Positions 1 through 6,109 of a stretch of DNA of 6,109 nt are shown here, one piece after another. The DNA is from Chlorokybus atmophyticus (lineage: Eukaryota; Plantae; Mesostigma and Chlorokybus algae). The translations under genes were made by a program, and so were the position numbers. The notes beneath the pieces were generated by a model, which saw only the letters and a list, made by a program, of their open reading frames with translations, had not been told where the DNA came from and made no database searches. The stretch is taken from NCBI GenBank assembly GCA_009103225.1, contig RHPI01000671.1, forward strand, positions 685,131 through 691,239, in the 5' to 3' direction. Each line of letters starts with the position of its first letter. Position 1 is the first letter of the stretch.

Positions 1-10
1 GGCGCGCGTG

Positions 11-25
11 TGGTGGTGGTGGTGG
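11..25. repeat. (TGG)5 microsatellite
   Basis: tggtggtggtggtgg read directly. Confidence 0.8.
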
Positions 26-266
26 TTATGCAACAAGAGTCATGAGTTGGGTGGAGTGCGTTTACTTGGTGTATAAGTTGAATACACACAAGAATGGTAT
101 ATGTAAACGTGTGCTACTGGGATAAGATTTCTTTAATGTATCAAATTTGTAATAGACATGGTCTTTGAGTGTATCGTAGATTGCACGATTGTGCATTGCA
201 TCATTAATATACTTTGCAACTGCAATTGCTTGTTAAGGGATACTCAACACACAAAAGCAATAATAT

Positions 267-288
267 CCCTCCCCCCCCCGGCCCCCCC
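267..288. repeat. Poly-C tract (G-rich on the minus strand)
   Basis: ccc t C9 gg C7. Confidence 0.85.
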
Positions 289-869
289 GAGGGAGATTTG
301 AGGCGCAACACATGAGATGGGAATTAGTAGAGCACAATTGCAGTTACGAAGGTTTCATGGTTGTTGAGATGTGCAATGCTTGACAATCGTATTCATGTCT
401 CCTTGCCATGTAAGAACACAGTACTGTACAAGACCTCAGGCAAGCCATATAGTTTGTGCCTACGCATATTAATAGTTTTATTATGCGCTGTTACATAGCT
501 AATCAATGTCTATAGTTATAAGTAGTCATTGCGATAAGCCTCGAGTTGCAGTGTTATACTTAAACTTAAGAATTTGCCATGTATAATAGTCCCATAGCAA
601 ATGTGAGCTGCTACTAACAGCCTATTAAAAGCAGCCCACAATGACTTCATCAATGATGAATGTCAGAATCTTATCATGGTAACAAATACAGCCTTTATGT
701 GACTGTTATGAGCATATAGTAAGCTGTGAGTGGTAGCTAATATCCATACCACACCATTAGGATTATGTTTGATGTTCTCGATGTCGGTATAAAGTAATAA
801 TATGTGACTTCGGATCCCGAGATGGGTTAATGTTCCCGAGGTAGCTTATCTTGATATTCACACAGTATA

Positions 870-932
870 CAACACTTGGCATGTGACACGTGTCATATGT
901 GACACATGCCGACATGTCAGCACCAAGTGTTG
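870..932. repeat. Inverted-repeat and palindrome cluster
   Basis: Perfect 10-bp inverted repeat CAACACTTGG (870-879) / CCAAGTGTTG (923-932). It encloses TGACACGTGTCA (884-895), GGCATGTG/CACATGCC (878-885/903-910), GACATGTC (911-918) and the direct repeat ATGTGACAC (881-889, 897-905). Confidence 0.8.
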
Positions 933-1110
933 AATGCTTTGTGAGCCCTCAGTGTGTGTCAGGTTAAAAAGCAACAAGAGTATATATGCTGAGTTGCAGC
1001 CACTGGTAGGCATCATCACGCGTGTGCACTATCGATCTACCGCTTGTATGATAAATGCCTGGCTAGTGGCGGTGGAAAGGGGCTCTCTTTACCATCCCAT
1101 GCTAATGGTA

Positions 1111-1145
1111 GCGTATATATGTGCGTGTGTATGCGTGTGTGTATG
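1111..1145. repeat. 35-nt perfectly alternating purine-pyrimidine tract (degenerate GT/AT/GC microsatellite)
   Basis: gcgtatatatgtgcgtgtgtatgcgtgtgtgtatg. Confidence 0.8.
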
Positions 1146-1240
1146 AGTGTTGCGAGCTGGAGTTGAGCGTGTGGTCATTCCAAGCTCCTTCCTTGATGTT
1201 CTCATTGATTGTCAGCTACATATTTGCAACATTCATATGC

Positions 1241-1273
1241 ATCATGCTATTATCATGCTATTATCATGATATT
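1241..1273. repeat. Tandem repeat, 11-bp unit ATCATGCTATT x3
   Basis: atcatgctatt atcatgctatt atcatgatatt; one mismatch in the third copy. Confidence 0.9.
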
Positions 1274-1969
1274 ATAAGAATATGATATGAATAACAGGAT
1301 AAGCTGATTTGGGTGCCTGCCATGCTTGCTTCGCACCTAATACAATGTTGGATGTACAACAATATCAATTATGATTAGCAAGTACTAAACATCAAATGTT
1401 TCAAAAAGTAAATTGGTAAGCTACATGTTTGCAATTGATGACTATAAAAAATAAAAAATAACAAACATTCGTGATACAATAAAATATGCATGCTTCTTAA
1501 CTGGTGATTGTCATGCGCGAGCATGTAGTGTCACGTGCATGATGCCCTCGGGGCTGGCGACATGGATGGACCTTGGGATTTTGGCTCTCATAGCCATTTT
1601 ACAGGGTTTATGTGCTGGGTTTTCATTGGGAACTCATGTTTGGGTCCTCATGGACGTGAGGGAGGTGTGTTCGAGGCGTATCTACAGTCAGATACGGAGC
1701 TGACAGCATATTTGGGTCACTATGGTATCTCGCACAGCTGTTTCGGAGTTGTGACTTTGAGAAGCCATAACTTACAGTTGGAGTGGCGGTTTGGCCATGG
1801 GTTGGCGTCAAAAGATGCGTCTTGAAGTGTACTTGAAGAGGATGAGCTGGGATAAGCCTTTCCTAACTGTTTACCGTTACTTATCAACGCCACCATGACT
1901 GTTACTATGCTGGTGCAGATTGACAGTTAGGGTAGTTGGAGAGTTGGTTGGGCTTGAGCTCAACGGTGG

Positions 1970-1977
1970 TATATAAG
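1970..1977 (+). promoter_or_regulatory. Candidate TATA box of the element promoter (possible LTR U3)
   Basis: TATATAAG in a more GC-balanced context, about 390 nt upstream of the gag ATG. Motif match only. Confidence 0.4.
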
Positions 1978-2362
1978 GCTTTGCTAGCTTGTTTCCTAGT
2001 TTGGGTTGGATGCAAGTTGGCCTACTGGAGTGCAAGCAACACCTTTGGGAAGAGGTTCTTGGCTGAGCGGATGCGTGTGCACATGCTTGCATGTATGGCG
2101 TGTGTGCACGTGTTCATTGCTGTGCGTTGCTGTGCATGAAGGGGTGTGTGTCACTGTTGCGACTTTGATGCACCGTATGGGCTGCCTTAGCATGTACTTT
2201 GAGTGAGGATTGAGTTGGGACTGCTCTACACAAGTGAATGGCTGATTGCAAGTCGAGTTGTGGTCTACTTGCCTACCTTTTGCAAGGGGACACGCATCTT
2301 TCACTTGCATCCAACCCATCAGCTGAGTTTGCTCGAGGTAGAAGCAAGTTGCAGGCGAGTTC

Positions 2363-4537
2363 ATGCCCACCAGATCTGGAGAGGACTGGCAGTCACGCCC
2401 ACCCAAGCCGCCCTCGAAGAGAGGAGCGAAAGGAAGGATCACTCCGGTGGAGGAGGGCCTTGCCGAAGAGGTGGAGTTGTCGAGTGACGAGGAGTCCGAC
2501 ATCGAGGACGTGGGTGGAGAGATGCATGATACAGCTGCAAGCATGGATAGCACACCGAAGTTTAGTGGGAGGCCTGGCACGGCGGACCTACGGGACTTCA
2601 TCGACCGCTTCGACTCCGAGATGGTCAAGTGGGAGTATCGGGACAAGTCGGGGTGGGACGAGCACAAAGCCTTCAAGATGTTGCCTCTATACCTCAAGGA
2701 TGAAGCCCTTGGCACGTGGAGAGAGTTCAAGGAGCAGCTGGAGGTGAGGGAGAGGGCGTTGCGGCTCGGCGCACCGGCTGCGTTTGAAGCGGAGTGGAAG
2801 AAGGAGCAGCCCGTGACTGAGTTCAAGGCGCTCTTGAGGAAGACCTACCCACAATCAACACCCGCCAAGGTTCGTGAGCTGAGTTTCTTCAAGCGCAACG
2901 CCCGGGAGACGGCGAGGATGATGTATACGCGCATGCTCAAGCTCTTGACGGACACGGACTACAAGGTGATGACGGATCAGACCGCGGCGGTTGTGTACCT
3001 TCAACAACTAGAGGCGGACTTGAGGCTGAAGGTGGAGACCATGTTGACCACTCAGTCCGAGTTTGGCACATACACGCTTGCGGATGTCTTCAAGGTGGCC
3101 GAGACGGCAGAAATTCAGCATGAGTACCTCAAGAACATTGACCGACAGCGTCGGGGGTTGAAGTTGCTTGAGATTTCGGAGGAGAAGAGCTCTTCCAAGC
3201 CCGCGGCAACATCGGCGGCAAGCAAGGCAGCTGGTGGGAAGCCAAAGGAGTTCAAGCATGCCAACAACGCGGTTGTGGAAGGTGTGTCGGGTGCCAAATG
3301 CTGGTCGTGTGGAGAGCAAGGCCATATTGCAAGGGATTGTGGGAAAGGCAAGAAGGTGGTGTGCTCTCATTGCAAGAAGGGTGGGCATGTTGATGCCAAG
3401 TGTTGGAGTAAGCATCCAGAGCTGCGTCCACAACAAGGAGCGGCAGTCGGAGCTCACTCGAGTGTGAGAGCGGAGCCATCAATGTCGGAGGTGACAAAGG
3501 CATTGGCGGCAATGCAATCGGAGTATGCATCGTTGAAGAGCATGCTCGAGCGAGGGAAATGGCCCGAGAGAGGAGCGGAGGATAAGCCAAGCAGCTCCGG
3601 AGGTTACCTCGCGTATAGTGCGCTCTCCGGAGGCACTAAGGTGGCAGCGGTTGCGACGACGAGAGCGTCGGCACGCCGAAACGCTGCACCAGCTCCCCCG
3701 ACTAGGATGGTTGAGGAGGAGGCCGCGCCCGTCCGCGAGGAGGGTGTGGATCATGATAGGATGCGGGCACCAGCTGCACGCATGCCTATGTCATTTAAGT
3801 TGCTGCCAACAACCCCGTTGGAGCAAGAGAGTTCGCGCTCGGAGGGTGCGAAAGTGCAGCCGACTGCTACGGCAACGGCGCGACATGATGTCGGCGTCGG
3901 TGGCGGTGGTGAGCACAAGAGAGTGGGGGAGCTGCTACAGATGTGTGTAAAGCTTCTCGAGGGTGCCAAGATGCTTTCCCAACAGCCCGCAACTCAAGCC
4001 AATGAAGAAAACTTGGAGTTGACGGCGCCGTTGGAGAGCGTTGCGGCGGAGCTGGTCGGGCAGCCGCTTGTTTGCTTGAAGGACCTTGGAGTCAGCAAGG
4101 AACACGTGGTGGAGCTGTTGCAAAGTGCTCTAGACACCACTAGGACTGCCTCGACAAAGTCTCATGACCATATGAGCAAGTCTCATGAAGATATGGTGGC
4201 GCAAGCAGGCCGTATGGTTGCGCGCGCGGAGCTGGCGGCGCCCGAGGGGTCCGCGTCGGCGTCGAGTTCTCTCACTCAGCTTGAAGACAAGCTGGAGGAA
4301 GGTGTGGGGAGTGTAGGAGGGATGTTGGCAATGCTTCCCGCCACTCGGCCGGCCTTGAGAGAGAAGATATCGCCGAATGTGGCGATGGTGGACAACCGTG
4401 GGGGGCACATCAGCCTAGACGGCTTCGTGCCAGATGTTGTCTTGGTGGATACAGGTGCACAACCTGTCATTTTGGGTGCTAGAGCTGTCAAGGGGATGGG
4501 ACTCAGCCCCAGGAGTGGGAGCCATGCCCGGTCATGA
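2363..4537 (+). CDS. gag: Gag(-protease N-half) polyprotein, 724 aa: capsid-like region, two zinc knuckles, long linker, retropepsin catalytic motif
   Basis: Long ORF with in-frame TAG at 2339-2341 upstream of ATG 2363. PKFSGRPGTADLRDFIDRFD from 2555 resembles Ty3/Gypsy Gag N-terminal segments. Knuckles at 3299-3340 and 3362-3403, DTGA at 4448-4459. Alternative starts at ATG 2522 or 2543. Confidence 0.9.
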   Translation: MPTRSGEDWQSRPPKPPSKRGAKGRITPVEEGLAEEVELSSDEESDIEDVGGEMHDTAASMDSTPKFSGRPGTADLRDFIDRFDSEMVKWEYRDKSGWDEHKAFKMLPLYLKDEALGTWREFKEQLEVRERALRLGAPAAFEAEWKKEQPVTEFKALLRKTYPQSTPAKVRELSFFKRNARETARMMYTRMLKLLTDTDYKVMTDQTAAVVYLQQLEADLRLKVETMLTTQSEFGTYTLADVFKVAETAEIQHEYLKNIDRQRRGLKLLEISEEKSSSKPAATSAASKAAGGKPKEFKHANNAVVEGVSGAKCWSCGEQGHIARDCGKGKKVVCSHCKKGGHVDAKCWSKHPELRPQQGAAVGAHSSVRAEPSMSEVTKALAAMQSEYASLKSMLERGKWPERGAEDKPSSSGGYLAYSALSGGTKVAAVATTRASARRNAAPAPPTRMVEEEAAPVREEGVDHDRMRAPAARMPMSFKLLPTTPLEQESSRSEGAKVQPTATATARHDVGVGGGGEHKRVGELLQMCVKLLEGAKMLSQQPATQANEENLELTAPLESVAAELVGQPLVCLKDLGVSKEHVVELLQSALDTTRTASTKSHDHMSKSHEDMVAQAGRMVARAELAAPEGSASASSSLTQLEDKLEEGVGSVGGMLAMLPATRPALREKISPNVAMVDNRGGHISLDGFVPDVVLVDTGAQPVILGARAVKGMGLSPRSGSHARS
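3299..3403 (+). other. Two tandem CCHC zinc knuckles (nucleocapsid domain)
   Basis: CWSCGEQGHIARDC (3299-3340) and CSHCKKGGHVDAKC (3362-3403) both match CX2CX4HX4C exactly, with a 7-residue linker GKGKKVV. Confidence 0.95.
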
Positions 4538-4740
4538 TCAATACCTCGGCGGGGACCGTAGAGGCCGTGTGCGGCATAACGGTGCAGCCGGTGGACATAT
4601 GCTTGACTGCGGTGGGAGGTGCTACCACGTCCTTCAAGGTTCGATGCCTCATCACGGATGCAAAGGGGTACGATGTGCTGCTCGGACAAGACTTCTTGTT
4701 CCCCGTCGGCGGCGGCGTTGACAATTGGATCGAACAAGGG
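4400..4740 (+). other. Retropepsin-type aspartic protease domain split over two reading frames
   Basis: VVLVDTGAQPVILG in the gag frame (DTGA 4448-4459). The downstream frame gives QEWEPCPVMINTSAG... and YDVLLGQDFL (4669-4698), the hydrophobic-hydrophobic-Gly-x-Asp motif at the C-terminus of retropepsins. Domain edges are approximate. Confidence 0.88.
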
Positions 4741-6108
4741 TTCTTTCGGCCGCGTTGGCGTGTGGGTGGAGGGGAGAAGGCCTATTTTCCGTTGAGCATC
4801 ACACAAGGGGGTCTTGAGAGGTCTCCAACCTCTGCATCTGCTGTGTGGGCGTGCTTGAGTCGCCGTTCAGTCAAGGGATGGCTTGGTGACAGCACCGACA
4901 TGTACTATGACCATGTGGAGGAGGGGGAGAGTGTCCTCGCACACATGGAGGAGGGGAGACCTCCGGAGCTGGTCTATATGGCGCAAACTCAGTCACAAGA
5001 GCTGGAGTTGGCTTCACAACATCGTGCTCAGCGGCAACAAGAGGCTCAAGACAAGGTTAGCCAAGCATGGATGAAGGATGTGATGGCATTGGAGCCGCCA
5101 TTGCTGCCCGAGGGTGTGAGAGCTGTTCATCCGCCTATCAACTACAGCACCGTCGAGTGGAAGGTCCCCGAGGAGGGTGTTGTGATGGTGGAGCTGTTCG
5201 GTGGCATTGCAAGTGGGCTTGCGGCCGCGTTGAACGCCGGCATCAAGGTGCGGCGCTATATCTATGTGGACCCTTCGCCAACGGCGCAACAAGGTGCACA
5301 ACATCATGTGAGGATGTTGTTGAAGAAGTATCCAGATCTGCTACATGAGGATGCGGTGAAGGGCTTTCAAAGCACATGGCCGCAAGACATTTGCTTGATA
5401 GGGCCACATCAACTTGCAGCTATCGGCCATGTGCATTTGCTTGTAGCCGGGTGGGAATGCCAAGGGCATTCACGGGCTGGTCATGGCAAAGGATTGATGG
5501 ATGCGCGCTCGTCATTGTTTTGGGAGTTAGTGCGCATCATCAACATGATTCAGCAAGGACAAGAGCAGCCCATGGCGTACGTTGTCGAGAATGTACCAGC
5601 TGAAGATGACAAGCGCAAGCGCGTGCGAGAGGACTATCAGCTGGTGAGACATGTGCTAGGCCATGAGCTGGTCATGGATGCGGCACGGCATGGTTCGCGC
5701 GCACATCGGCTGCGTGTGAAGTGGACAAACCTCGCGCCGGTTGAGTTGCTTCGCACGGTGCAGCAAGAGTACTCTAGACCGCAAGGTTTGACAGTCAACC
5801 AGGTGCTGGAGCATGGGCGCACAGCACAACAGGTCAGCAAGGCTGATCGGCCGCCTCAAGAGGTGGTGAACCAGGTCGGGCACGACATGGCGGCGCTGCC
5901 GACATTGGTGACATACTCAGGCTCTTATGCATTCCGCAAGGGAGGGCCAGGGCTGGTGTGGGACTCACAGAACAGTAGGTTGGAAGAGCCGACAGCTGGT
6001 GAGCGCGAGCGTGCGATGGGGTTTTTGTCCGGTGCGACAGCGGCGCCGGGACTAAGTGAACAACAGCGCCGTGTGCTGCTAGGACAAGCCATGGACCAGA
6101 ACAGCATG
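4510..6108 (+). CDS. pol: Pol-frame continuation (3'-truncated by the window): protease C-half, linker and C5 DNA methyltransferase; 533 codons without a stop
   Basis: Manual translation: this frame is open from 4483 (after TAG 4480-4482) to the window end, 542 codons, first ATG at 4534. It is absent from the ORF track because no stop occurs in the window. Confidence 0.92.
5179..6108 (+). CDS. C5-cytosine DNA methyltransferase catalytic domain embedded in the retroelement polyprotein
   Basis: Motifs in canonical order: I VELFGGIASG (5188-5217), II RYIYVD (5254-5271), III PQDI (5380-5391), IV GWECQGHSRAG (5449-5481, Cys 5458-5460), V GLMDARSSLF (5491-5520), VI VVENV (5581-5595), VIII DAARHGSRAHRLRVKWTN (5677-5730), TRD with PTL (5899-5907), IX ERERAMGF (6001-6024), X RRVLLGQAMD (6067-6096). 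Confidence 0.93.
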
Positions 6109-6109
6109 G

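Larger units (their letters stand above)
1509..6109 (+). mobile_element. 5' portion of an LTR-retrotransposon-like element (probably Ty3/Gypsy) with gag - aspartic protease - C5 DNA methyltransferase; 5' boundary uncertain, 3' part outside the window
   Basis: Gag capsid-like segment, two CX2CX4HX4C knuckles and a retropepsin (DTGA...LLGQDFL) in retroelement order. The 5' edge is only a guess from the AT-to-GC shift near 1500 and TG-starting motifs (TGTCATG 1509, TGTCACG 1529). The superfamily is inferred because RT and integrase are not visible. Confidence 0.8.

Noticed and set aside
1723-1729. TGGTATC as an initiator-Met tRNA PBS
   Set aside because: Only 7 nt match TGGTATCAGAGC, and it lies upstream of the candidate TATA box.
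1803-1814. TGGCGTCAAAAG as a Leu-tRNA-like PBS
   Set aside because: About two mismatches to the TGGTGTCAGAAG-type PBS as I recall it, not directly after a CA LTR end, and upstream of the candidate TATA box.
934-2206. Short ORFs of 62-96 aa upstream of gag
   Set aside because: Short, partly made of microsatellite-like sequence, with no recognisable motifs.
1996-2826. 276-aa minus-strand ORF overlapping the gag 5' end and leader
   Set aside because: Ser/Leu-rich with no recognisable motif; best explained as an antisense shadow of GC-rich coding sequence.
4508-4516. CCC AGG AGT as a Ty1/Ty3-like +1 frameshift site
   Set aside because: The downstream coding frame is -1 relative to gag, so a +1 shift would not reach it.
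3008-6107. Other minus-strand and alternative-frame ORFs over gag/pol (for example 3008-3457, 4276-4806, 4434-4721, 5067-5348, 5376-5603)
   Set aside because: They overlap the motif-bearing frames and show no domains of their own.
5179-6109. Prokaryotic restriction-modification methylase or host DNMT gene adjacent by chance
   Set aside because: The domain is in the same uninterrupted frame as the retropepsin C-half, with no separate start signal, operon context or introns evident.
1-6109. CRISPR array, tRNA, rRNA, RT/RNase H/integrase motifs
   Set aside because: No regularly spaced repeats or RNA-gene signatures seen, and no YxDD or integrase motifs in the translated frames.

Overview
Eukaryotic-looking window holding the 5' part of an LTR-retrotransposon-like element (probably Ty3/Gypsy) on the + strand. 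Bases 1-~1500 are AT-rich and non-coding, with short repeats and palindromes. Bases ~1500-2362 are more GC-rich and may be the LTR/leader (TATATAA at 1970). A 724-codon ORF (2363-4537) encodes Gag with two CCHC zinc knuckles, a long linker and the N-terminal half of a retropepsin (DTGA). A second + frame is open from 4483 to the window end and is missing from the ORF track because it has no stop here. By my translation it completes the protease and then encodes an almost complete C5-cytosine DNA methyltransferase with motifs I-X in order and the catalytic Cys, ENV and RxR intact. The two frames join by a -1 shift or one-base indel at CCCC 4507-4510. The main result is a retroelement carrying its own DNA methyltransferase in the Pol polyprotein. 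This class has been reported (DNMT-bearing retrotransposons in dinoflagellates and charophyte algae, de Mendoza et al. 2018), so whether this family or host is new needs a search. RT, RNase H and integrase are not in the window, and the host cannot be identified from the sequence.
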